A DNA stretch of 63,041 nt, counting the filler, from Craspedostauros australis (lineage: Eukaryota), in assembly GCA_030167865.1 (NCBI GenBank). It is 22 parts of 22 records of this genome, joined end to end, with 100 filler letters (N's around TTAATTAATTAA, not from the genome) between each part and the next. Parts side by side here need not be neighbours in the genome. Positions count along the whole stretch, not along the records: positions 34,590 to 36,556 come from JALAGF010000667.1; positions 36,657 to 38,192 come from JALAGF010000668.1; positions 38,293 to 39,392 come from JALAGF010000669.1; positions 39,493 to 45,432 come from JALAGF010000670.1; positions 45,533 to 57,225 come from JALAGF010000671.1; 17 more parts are not named here. One strand, 5' to 3'. A model generated the notes under the pieces. The model was given only the letters and a program-made list of their open reading frames with translations. It was not told the origin of the DNA and searched no databases. Position 1 is the stretch's first letter. Every line of letters begins with the position of its first letter. Below, piece after piece: positions 34,738-45,748 of this stretch. The translations under genes were made by a program, and so were the position numbers.

Positions 34738-36556
34738 ATGGGCGACGACGCGCCGACGGCTGAAGATGATCAAAATACACTTATCGATCTCGACTCAATC
34801 TTCAACAAAAAGGAGTTCTGGGCCGACATGTCGAACTTGGATAAGGACAAGGAAGCACAAAACCATCTGGAGGAGTGCGCCACCAAGGCCCTGAGGAAGG
34901 TTGGCGTCGTCGCCCCCGATGAGACCCGCATCAAGACGACGAGCCGACAGATTCGTTCGAAATGGGACAACTGCCGCAAACACGTTTGCGTGCAGGTGCG
35001 CAAAGGCCTTACCGCTGCACAACTGTGCGGCAATGTTGAGGAATACGCCATTGATCAGAGCTCCACCTCGGTGTCAACGTGGCTCCTGACCTTCCTTCGT
35101 GGCAAGAATGCAATCCCCCAGTGCATCCTCGACGCTATCCAGGAACCCAACGACGATGATCATCTTATCGTTGACGGTAACCCACACCAGTCAGTTCTCA
35201 ACCTGTTGAAGGAGATCCGCGGTGAAGACCCCAAGGGCTTTCGTGGTCTGAAGTACACCTCGGACATCATCCACCAAAATGAAACTGAATTCGCACACTT
35301 CATCGGCAACCCCAACTTTCGACATGCAGGAAAGACCGACTTGATCCCCAAACAAGTCTTCATCCAAGCGCCCACACCAACAGGCACCCACCAGGACGAG
35401 CGGGTCCATGTGTACCACGAAGAGAGTGGTAGTGGCAAGACCGTGCAGCTTGCGGCGAGCGCATACACCAGAGGCGCTCTGTTCACTATCATGCTCAACA
35501 CCGCCGATGTGAAACTTCTCCCTTCATCGAATGCTGATGATGAAGTAGACAAGGAAGACCGAATGGACAAATCCTGGGCGAAGCTCACAAAGGAAGTCAG
35601 ATCGATCCTCACGCGAGACAAAAATAGTCTCGACAGGCTTGTCGACTTCCTGAAAGTGTTGGATGGGAAGATGCAAGAGAAGGCCACACTGTTCATCGTC
35701 GTTGGGATTGACGAAGCAAGCAAGTCCCCAAACTTCGTCCGGGCCATCATCCAGAGCCACAGAGACTTTGGAATGGTGCTGGGGAAGTTCATCCAGTACA
35801 AATGTATTGAAGAGTTGACGGAGAAAGACATCCTCCCTCTATCAGGAGCACCACAAGGCTCTTCGAATGCAAGCAAACCGAGCCTGTTTTTTCATGAGTC
35901 CATCAACAAGCTGACAGACCTGGAACGAAGCGGACACCTCTGTCCTCTCCAGCACATTGACATCCAAGTCCTATTCTCTGTGGCAGGCACTGGTGCCGCC
36001 CAACCACCGACGGGATCAATCCCCAAGAGCTTCACTCACCTCAATACTTCTGCAAAGGCGAACCCTGCAGACGTCTACCACATTCTTCGCAGCGAATACA
36101 CGCAAGGCGGCAAGCCTACCATCATACCAGAGTACACAGAGGTTAAGAAGTTCCCTCTTCTCAAGGCCATCGTTGATTCCAACGCCCGGATGATCTCGAT
36201 CTACATGCGAGTGTCAAACGAGCGACAAGCGTCCAACCAAGGAACCGGAAAGAAGTCAAGTGAGAATGAATACGAGCAGAATGCCATCCTTTCCGAAACC
36301 TTCAAAGTCTTCATGGAAAGCAATGGCATGAAAACTCTGGTGCACAACCCGTACCTTGCGCGGCTCACAGCATCCCAGGCTTTGGCGGTTCTTCTTTTCC
36401 AACAGAATGAATCTTTCAGCAAATCGCTCACCAACGATCAACTGAACAACATGGACTACGGGATCACCTTCCAACGCTTCAAGGGTGACGCGGGCGATGC
36501 CATCATGCATCGGTTGGTCGTCACGTATGGCTTAGTCACTGCAAGGCCACTCAGAG
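34738..36556 (+). CDS. P-loop NTPase (Crinkler/RHS-like) family member 3, 3'-truncated
   Basis: Appears identical to member 2 from the contig start to 35426, then diverges. Walker A and B are retained. Confidence 0.85.
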
Positions 36557-36656
36557 NNNNNNNNNNNNNNNNNNNNNNNNNNNNNNNNNNNNNNNNNNNN
36601 TTAATTAATTAANNNNNNNNNNNNNNNNNNNNNNNNNNNNNNNNNNNNNNNNNNNN

Positions 36657-38192
36657 TACAGACCATCAACCAAGTCACTGATCTGCTCACGTGATATCAA
36701 GTGGCTCAACCAATCATACGGACAGTTCCGTGGCTGGGCATCAGTACCGAACATATCCAACGAAGCAGAAACAACAGACGCAGACGGCTTCACAACCATC
36801 GGACGGAAGGGAGCAACGCCAAGGACGACAACGCGTCAAACATCGGAAGCGAAGAGAGTATCCTTCGCTGACAGCAACAGGTACTACATCCTATCGGACA
36901 GCGACGATGAGGATGATGAAGACGATGGAATAGTGACTCAACTGATCCATAACGACGAGGAAGATCGGAGCAAATCCAATCATGAGGATGACGAGATCCT
37001 ACCATCCAGCAACGAAGCCAACGATGACACAGGCATTACTCCTCCAAACACACCAGCGAGGTCTACACATGACACACCATCCAGACCTCCACCAAGCAAA
37101 CCAAACAAGCGTGACGTAGCTAGAAAGGAGAGGATCCGACGTCATGAAGCACGAGGCAGGAAGGGAGAAGCTAATCCCAAGCCGACTACAGGGAAGAGTG
37201 TTCCCAGAGCTCTGCGTGAGCTCGCAGACTTCAACGAACGAGGTCGAAAGGAAGAAGGTTACGAGAGCGATCCATCATCCGATGAGGCGAGTGACGAGCT
37301 CAGCGACGAGATAACCGACGAATCCAACAACGAAACTACAGATGACGAAGAAATCGTAGACGAGGAAGAAGAGATCGAGATCACTCATCACAGCACAACT
37401 GGACTGTACGGAATGAATGCAATCATCACCGAAGTACCAGCGATCGACATTGGACTGTCGATGCAGGACGAGAACAAGGAACAAGAGAAGCACATCGAAC
37501 CAACAACATTCGATGGAGCCTTCAATCACCCAGATCCCATCCATCGCAAGGGATATCGAGCAGCCATCAAGAAGGAGTTCGACTCCATGGATACACGCAA
37601 GGTGTACAGCAAGATCAAACGAGACGCCATTCCACACGGCCGCAGATGCTGCAAGTGCAAATGGGTCTTCAAGTTGAAACGCGACGGCACACATCGAGCG
37701 CGACTCGTTGCATGTGGCTATTCACAAATCGCAGGAGTAGACTTCCAAGAGCATTACTCACCCGTCATCCATGACGTAACATATCGGGTCATGATGGTGA
37801 TCATGCTGATCAAGAAGATGGACTGCGCACTCGTCGATGTCGTAACGGCATTCCTACATGGAGACCTNNNNNNNNNNNNNNNNNNNNNNNNNNNNNNNNN
37901 NNNNNATCATCAACCAGACGAAGCCCTGACCCTACACAAGCCAATCTACGGACTTGTGCAGAGCGCCAGGCAATGGTTCAAGATGTTGGTGTTGACCCTC
38001 AAGAACATCAACTTTGAACAGAGCGCGGCAGACCCGTGCCTGTTCTACAGGAAGACGAACGAAGGAAGCATGATTGTGGCCATCTACGTGGACGATTGCT
38101 TCTGCTGCAGACTCCAAGGCACTGGAGACATTCCTGAAGGACATCCAAGGCAGCAAATTCAAGGTAACAATCGAGCGCGGACTCGGAGACTA
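36657..38192 (+). mobile_element. Ty1/copia pol fragment: post-integrase linker and RT
   Basis: EPTTFDGAFNH, CKWVFKLKRDGTHRARLVACGYSQIAGVDF, VDVVTAFLHGD and AIYVDDC, followed by a frameshift. Same family as 10560-12059 and 38293-39392. Confidence 0.93.
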
Positions 38193-38292
38193 NNNNNNNN
38201 NNNNNNNNNNNNNNNNNNNNNNNNNNNNNNNNNNNNTTAATTAATTAANNNNNNNNNNNNNNNNNNNNNNNNNNNNNNNNNNNNNNNNNNNN

Positions 38293-39392
38293 ATCGTTGG
38301 GATGTTGATGGGTTCTTGGCAATGAAGATCGCTCCAATGTTGTCCACACGGACCTTGATCGGTGTCTTCACTGGGACGCCCACACTTTCGAGTAGCTGCA
38401 TAACGAAGAAGATCTCCTTTGCTGCTTCAGAAAGGGCAACGTATTCTGCTTCGGATGAGCTGAGTGTGACGGCCTTCTGTGCCTTGGATCGCCAAAGGAT
38501 TGGTACCTTGCACAGGTATAGGATGAATCCCCCTACGCTGATTCTCGTGTTCTTGTCTCCTGCATATTCGCTATTGTAGAAGAGCTCCATGTCCTAGCCG
38601 TCGTCATCTGGACGTGCTGGATGGATTTTCAATCCATAGTCCTTTGTATCGATCACATACTTGATGATCCGATACATCTCCTTCATTGCGGCCTTGGTGG
38701 GCCCGATCAATACCTTGGAGAGTTCCCTCACAGGGTTCGCGATATCTGGTCGCGAGTGCTTGATGAGGAAGAGTAGCATATCCACGCCTCGGCGATATTC
38801 GGCATGTTCTTCTGGTCCGACCTTCTGTAGTCCGTTGTCTTCGGATGGTCGTACGATGATTTGGCCCGGGGTTCCTGGTGTCCCATAGCGTTGCATCTTC
38901 TCAACCTTGGTTCTGAACTCTTCGATGAGATGTCGGATGAGATGTGGTTGACGCAACGTTGCTCTAGTCTTGTCATGGTTCAGTTCGATGTTGCAGCTGA
39001 GGTAGTCTCCAAGTCCGCGCTCGATTGTCACCTTGAATTTGCTGCCTTGGATGTCCTTCAGGAATGTCTCCANTGCCTTGGAGTCTCCGCAACAGAAGCA
39101 ATCGTCCACGTAGATGGCCACGATCATGCTTCCTTCGTTCGTCTTCCTGTAGAACAGGCACGGGTCTGTTGCGCTCTGTTCGAAGTTGATATTCTTGAGG
39201 GTCGATACCAACATCTTGAACCATTGCCTGGCGCTCTGCACAAGTCCGTAGATTGGCTTGTGTAGGGTCAGGGCTTCGTCTGGTTGATGATCCATCCCGT
39301 TGGGACAATTCATGTAGATCTCCTCGTCGAGGTCTCCATGTAGGAATGCTGTTACGACATCGACGAGTGCGCAGTCCATCTTCTTGATTAGC
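38293..39392 (-). mobile_element. Ty1/copia RT-RNase H fragment with an in-frame stop
   Basis: YVDD, SRPDIANPVRELSK, then TAG at 38596-38594, and the same frame resumes with VTLSSSEAEYVALSE and RVDNIGAI. Confidence 0.93.
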
Positions 39393-39492
39393 NNNNNNNN
39401 NNNNNNNNNNNNNNNNNNNNNNNNNNNNNNNNNNNNTTAATTAATTAANNNNNNNNNNNNNNNNNNNNNNNNNNNNNNNNNNNNNNNNNNNN

Positions 39493-39935
39493 GACAGGGC
39501 GTCGTGGGTGGAATCTTGGCCTTTGAATATCTCAAGCAGATCGCACAACAAGATGACGATGACGTTTATGACGACGGCGACGACGAGGGATGCCTATCGG
39601 TGATTCTGTCGTCGACGCCAACGAACGTGCAGAAGATGCGGGAGGAAGGCATTTTATCTGCAGCAGCAACTGCATCTTGGAAGACCAGCGACGACGTCTC
39701 AAGCTACGTCGCAAGCCCACCGTCCGAGTCGGCCAAACGGATGCCCAGCTGCATGATCGTGCGGGGCGAGGATGGCATCGTCACGCAGGGCTCCATCGAG
39801 GGATGGAAAGCGCTATTTTGCAAGAGCCGTTCGGTGCGTGAGAAGGTGCTGGTCGGTGATGGCCATCACGGTCTCGTGACGAATCNCTTGGTCTACGGTG
39901 ATTGCGTCGACACCTTCTTTGGCGAGTATGATTGA
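39493..39935 (+). CDS. C-terminal fragment of an alpha/beta hydrolase (proline iminopeptidase-like), possibly degenerate
   Basis: GGILAFEY after the nucleophile-elbow position, then SVILSSTP, MIVRGED and GHHGL. Spacing looks short and the elbow motif is not clean. Confidence 0.55.
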
Positions 39936-40145
39936 TGCAGTGGAGGCACAGATCGCAGCAGCAAGCACTGGTTATATTGTAATTATCTCTGGGTCATAAA
40001 GGGATACGAGTCGCACCTTGTCCATTATATCCGTGCTCCGGCGACTGCATCAAGTACAACAACGAACAGTCATGTTGAGATAGGATAGGTTGCTCTACGC
40101 AAGTACGCACACGCAAGTACGCACACGCAAGACGAGAAGAGGCAC

Positions 40146-41249
40146 ATGCGCAACGACAATTCGCACGATTCCACAATGGCCGACAGCAGCGCCTTGTTCG
40201 CGGAGCTGCTGTCAGATCCTGATGATCCCAACTTTTCTGCCACGAAGGCCCTCGTGCGGCATCTGAGGCAGGAGGTCGATCTGTCACAGCAAAAGGCCGA
40301 CTGCCTCAACGAGCAGGCACGCATGCTGTCGGTGCAATTCGGTGTCACGCAGGCCGCGCAGGATCAGTACGGTGAGTCAGGCAGGGTTGTGGCAAGCAAA
40401 GCGCTGTCTTTGCTACACATTGAAATTAGCGGTTGTCGTCTTGTCTCATTTGTTTGATCTCTCATCGCACCGCAATCTCCTTTATCACTCATCACCATTT
40501 GCAACAATGAAACAACCATGGTCAACGCGTGATGTGCGATGATATCCACCCCGACATTCCGGACTGCAGCCATCGATCCAACCCAACTGCCACCCCTCGA
40601 TGAGAATGGCGTTCCCAAGTACAAGGGCAAGAAACGGGGTCGCAAACCCAAGGCCAGGAAACGCAAGATCAATCCCAATCGACGCAAGCGTCAACAAACG
40701 GCGTACACACTGTTCGTGCAGGAGACGTATCCAACAGTCAAGGCGCAGAATCCAGAATTGCCCAGCAATCAGCTGATTCGCATCGTCGATGGACAATGGA
40801 AGACGGGAGTGGATGCCGAACAGAAACAGGCATGGAAATTGCGCGCCTTGGCCATGCGGACGGACACGACCGCGGAGGAACATGGTGCAGAAGGAATGGC
40901 TGCCATCGACATCGAAGTTGACGAGATGGCAGGTGATGACAACGCAAACGGCAACACAAACAGCAACGACGATGAGGAGGAAGAGGAGCAGGAAGACGAA
41001 GGCAACGAAGGTAACGAAGGTGAGGAGATGGCGGATGCACGAATAGAAGACAGCGCTGATCATTCTCATCATCAGAATCAGGAAAGCGCCGAGGACCATG
41101 ATGATGATGATCGGACCAATGACGGAGTATTGGTAGATCAGAATATTGGTGATGATGATGATGATGGTCACGATGCTGACGAAGACGGTGAAGAGCAGGT
41201 GGAAGACGACGGCGGCGAAAAGTGGATATTAACATCTCCGGCTATGTAA
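40146..41249 (+). CDS. HMG-box protein with an AT-hook-like motif and acidic tail; two exons
   Basis: Phase-1 intron 40372-40569 (GTGAGT...CTGCAG) restores the frame. Contains KKRGRKPK and KRQQTAYTLFVQETYPTVKAQNPELPSNQLIRIVDGQWK, with a D/E-rich C-terminus. The start could be 40146 or 40176. Confidence 0.85.
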
Positions 41250-42029
41250 CCAACTAATGTATCGCAACACAATGCTACGCACTCGCTCTCATCATCCTGG
41301 GATCTTCCGCCATAGTGTAGAAATGAAGTGCATGATTGCGGTTACCTTCGTGCTACGGAGAGAATCAACTGGATAGGTGGTTCTGAGCAGTTTAGGTTTC
41401 ATGGGGCTTATGCAACGCTCTGACTCTTCTCGTACTTGTATGGCGTGTGTTGAATCAGACATGCAATTCATGCAATACAAATGGGATGGATCAGCCCAAA
41501 TGCGCGTCACTGGCCGATGAAGGCTGCTCGATGACGGCTTGTCTCACCTTACCTCATGGAAATATGAATCAGCCAAGGGACATCGACGGCACCACTCGAT
41601 CACATGCTACGCGTGCTGGAGGTGGCTGATACCCCACACTCGACGAACCAATTGCTCTGAGCGCAACGTCGTATCGGCACAGCCTGGATGCAGCTGCAAA
41701 ATCTTTGCCAGCATTGCGTCGCAACGATCCCATCGATGGCGCCGTGATTAATTTGAGGATGGGAGACTTGGTATGATTGCTTTGCGTTGACGGGTTGTCG
41801 CGGCATGCTGGAGACGGCTGCCAACAACATGGTGGTCTGTCACGCAGATGATGATGATGATGCTGATGATATTGTTGGCTGGTCGGTCAGGCGGTAAGTC
41901 TGTTGGCACCCCCTGCTTGGTCGTTGGTGAGTCTTGATGGACGTGCCGGGCGAGCAGATAACGTCGAGCAATCATCTCAGTCGGCTCAGCTCCAAACCAA
42001 CACCAACATCGACGTCATCGACGTCACCA

Positions 42030-43595
42030 TCATGCCGACGAGGACAAGCACATCTGTCGCGGGCTTGACATTTGGCACAGACGAAACATCTTTTTGAAGA
42101 TGTTGCCCGTGCCAGCCACATGCGAGAAGCTGCGGTGCTGCCGGAACAGCTCCAGCGTGGAATTTGTGATGGAAATGAGCTCCTGCGGGCTGACGAAGGG
42201 TCCATGACGGATGTTGGGACGATCAAAGCAACAGCTGCTCGACATGAGATCCGGGACGTCATGCATCACGCGCTTGCCACCCAAGTCTACGTCGTCGTAC
42301 CTCTTCTTGTGCGCCTCCAAAGTCACCTGCGACACATCCGACGCAATCGAAATGGGTTGGCCACGATGCGGAATGATGACGGACGAAGAGAATCGACCAG
42401 TAGGTGCTGGTTGCAGTGCATGCCGCACCAAGTAGTGCACGTCGCGCATGTGAGGCAGCTCGTCGGCCTCGGTGTAGTAGACGAAATCAAACTCATCCTG
42501 GCTGTACACATTCTGCCACAGCAGCTCCTTCGCCGTGACCGATGTGCCGTACGTCAAGCGATCGAACGACTGCAGATCCTTGATGAGCTGCACGTCGTAC
42601 AGATACCGATTGAGACCGCTGCTTTGCACGACGAAGGCGTAGTCGAATGGATCTCCCACGAATACGACAACATTTGGGAACACGGCCGTCACCGTCTTCA
42701 CCGTGATGTTGAGGAACAGCTGGCTGCGTCGCTATTCCGGGCCGTCGAGCTTGGCTGCGTAGTACGCTATGATCGCCAAGGTGTGTCCGTTACGTTGCTT
42801 CGAGGCGTTGTTGTAGAAGTCGTTGCGCTCGTAGTCATCCTGCATGCCTTCCAACAGCTGGATCGTGTCGTCCAGCAGCTCCGCGCTCCTGCCTGTGATC
42901 TTTTCGTAGCACGACAGATGATGCACGAAGAAATCGAACATGTCGACGGCTTGCAGATTCCAGCTTCTCGCGCTCATTGCGAAGTGACCATACTCTAGGT
43001 TTATGTTCTCCGCTTCGTGAAGATGCTGCAGGCTGATGCGGCCGTTGCTGAGCAAGCGGTCGACGGTGACGAGCCACGCGGCCGAATAGCCATCGCTGGG
43101 CTGTTCTCGCGTCATGCCAGCGAACCGTTGCGTGCTGTCGTCCCTTGTGGATGACGCAACAGGAAACGTTCTCATGTCGACGATCCCGTCTTCGTTGTCT
43201 TCGTATGACACCCCACGACCCTGCAGCAGATCATCCCTGCTGTACCCTGCCATGAACCGCTGCGGTCTGTGGCCTGTCGAGAAGTCGTGGATCGCGTCGA
43301 ACGGTGGCATCTTCAGCACGCCCGACAGTCCTGACTGAGTGGCTTCCGGCCATTGGGAGCGTGTGGCTGTGGCTGTGGTTGTGTTACCATCCCCCTTGGA
43401 CGATGTGATGATGACATCAGAGACATCGAAGAGGTTGGATATGAAGCGGAGCGATGAGATCTGCGCAAGGCTGAGGAAGATGGCGATCGCGAGGACAGTC
43501 CGAAGGATCGGACTGACCGACCAAGGGGTCGATGATGCTGATGCTGATACGACTACTGGTGGCCTCCTCATGTTGGCATCGTCGTATCCGTGCAC
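42030..43595 (-). pseudogene. Type II membrane glycosyltransferase-like gene interrupted by a single in-frame TAG (42734-42732)
   Basis: ORFs 42732-43595 and 42030-42701 are in the same frame (GAA TAG CGA CGC AGC CAG CTG TTC...). N-terminal TM anchor and a DxD-like FVYYTEADE motif. Confidence 0.6.
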
Positions 43596-43802
43596 CCTCT
43601 TTCAGCAGTCCAGAGAGGTCTAATCACAGGCTTGTGACTGCATGTCTGTTCCGATGTGTTGCCTTGTTTGGCACCAATTTTCGGAGACTCGTTGTGGTGA
43701 CTTTCGTTTGGTTTCTTTGTCGATGAGAGACGGCTGAAGGTGAGACTGGTCGTTATCGGGGTGAGATACACAGCAAATCAAATATCCGTAAGGAATTTTT
43801 CG

Positions 43803-43919
43803 GGACTGAGGAGTCCACTTAGCCGTAAGTGGACTCCTCAGTCCACATACCATTTTTGTTGTTTCGTAAGTGGACTCCTCAGTCCAGTTACCGTAAGTGG
43901 ACTGAGGAGTCCACTTACG
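43803..43919. repeat. Cluster of four GTGGACT-(GAGG/CCTC)-AGTCCAC quasi-palindromes upstream of a transposase-like gene
   Basis: Sites at ~43803, 43829, 43870 and 43892. The last has 12-bp arms (CGTAAGTGGACT GAGG AGTCCACTTACG). Sites 1 and 2 form a 19-bp stem with a GCCG loop. Confidence 0.9.
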
Positions 43920-44233
43920 ACCACAAAAAAAGTAGTCGAATTTCGCTGTTCTGAGAAAAGACTACTTCGACCACTTCACCTCCTCCAAATTCCCAGTTCC
44001 TCTTGATTGCGTTCTGACTGTGATGCTGGCGTCGTGTTTTGTCGTGTTGATTTACGTGTTGCCAACCGCATCCTTGGACTTCAATGGACTTGCAGATGAC
44101 AACACAGGAACTTTGGATGCGACAACAAGCTTTCCATCGTCCGCTTCAGCGACATCACCGTTGTTCATTGTCACACGCTCCTCCAATACAATACTGTTTA
44201 GTTGTCCACCAGCATCAAGGAGCTTGCTTCATC

Positions 44234-45432
44234 ATGAGTACTTTGCCTGCCATCACAGCTCTCATCGAGCACATGGCAGATACCACCAACCACAGTGATT
44301 ATGACACTGACAGCTCATGCGAAGACCGGGTCGTCGATACCCCAAGCGATCTTGACAGTGACGATGACGACGACGTCCTTGGTGTCCACAACAAAAGCAA
44401 TGTTGACACCAACAATGTTGATACTGGAGTCTACCGCATTGGCAATGCTCATGTGGTCAATGGTGCATCAGCAGCCACTCTGATCTCTGCCATCGTCCCT
44501 GCCACCAACGCCATTGTCCCCAACAACACTCACACCAACACATCCACAACCGGCACAACTGCAACCAGCACAACTGCAACCAGCACATCCAAAACTGTTG
44601 AACAACCAGCTCTGACAGAAGCAGAACGAGTTGCTTCTATGGGCCTGCAATGGAAGCTGCTGGATCCCAACACTGCAGAGTTTTGCGTCTCTGTGGGGAA
44701 GGCCCGGCAGCAAACCTACACTCTGCTGTGCGACGAGGTGAAACATCTTCGCTCCTCCTCATCCGATCTGTGCAACACCGCATCACCTACCCCTGCGCAT
44801 TTGGTTGATCTATTGCTAGGTTTGGCATCGCCCATATACCTTTCAGCATTTTCAGCTTCGCCGATCAAGATGTCTCCATATGAGTACTTTCAATTCCTCC
44901 TCGCATTTGCATGCCAGGTAAAACAGCGCTCCACTGTCAGAGACCTTTACGATGCAAACAACTTCGAGAACATCCCTGACTTCCCCTCTTCTGCTGTGTA
45001 CTACGAATTGTGGCGTCGAATCGAAGTGGATGGCAACTCCAAGCAGAAACGTAAGCGCTATTTTTGGAGCGAACTTCAAAAGAGTTGCAACACTCTCCTG
45101 GAGAAGATCTCATTGCGCGATGCAAAAATGAAATGCGTCATCACACTTGACGACGACAAGGTCCATTCGCATAGCAAAGGGATGACAAGTGGCCTCACCA
45201 TCAAGCGTCACACTCAGGCGAATCGACCAGGGTAAGTCACGAGCCGAAATGGGGTTGTCAACAGGTTGCATTTGTTGTATTATTTGCATTCATCCTCTCA
45301 CTGCCTTTTTTCTTGTACAACACAGTCCTGTGGCCATCGCAGGTGTCCTGACAGCTTCCTCTATGCCCTGCACCATGGCCTTCCTCAGAGAGCGGCACCA
45401 AGACAACTGTGAATCTACAATGGAAATAATCA
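44234..45432 (+). mobile_element. piggyBac/IS4-like DDD transposase, N-terminal half, with one intron
   Basis: Acidic disordered N-terminus. FWSELQKSCN...CVITLDDDK...HTQANRPG matches the position of the first catalytic-Asp strand. Phase-2 intron 45232-45325 (GTAAGT...CACAG) continues as GPVAIAGVLT. Family call is from recall. Confidence 0.55.
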
Positions 45433-45748
45433 NNNNNNNNNNNNNNNNNNNNNNNNNNNNNNNNNNNNNNNNNNNNTTAATTAATTAANNNNNNNNNNNN
45501 NNNNNNNNNNNNNNNNNNNNNNNNNNNNNNNNCACCAAAATCCTGGCAACGGTGTAACACAACAAGGAGGGTGGAGCACGAATCATGATTATTGTTTGTT
45601 CAATTACCACAACTGTTGCGATTATGATAGAACTAAGACATAATACCAGAACCCGAAAATCCAAAACACACAGTAACAACAATAAAATCCAAAACAGAAC
45701 ACATCAACAATTTCACGGTACTAAGTCTACAGAAGTTTGTACGCAACC

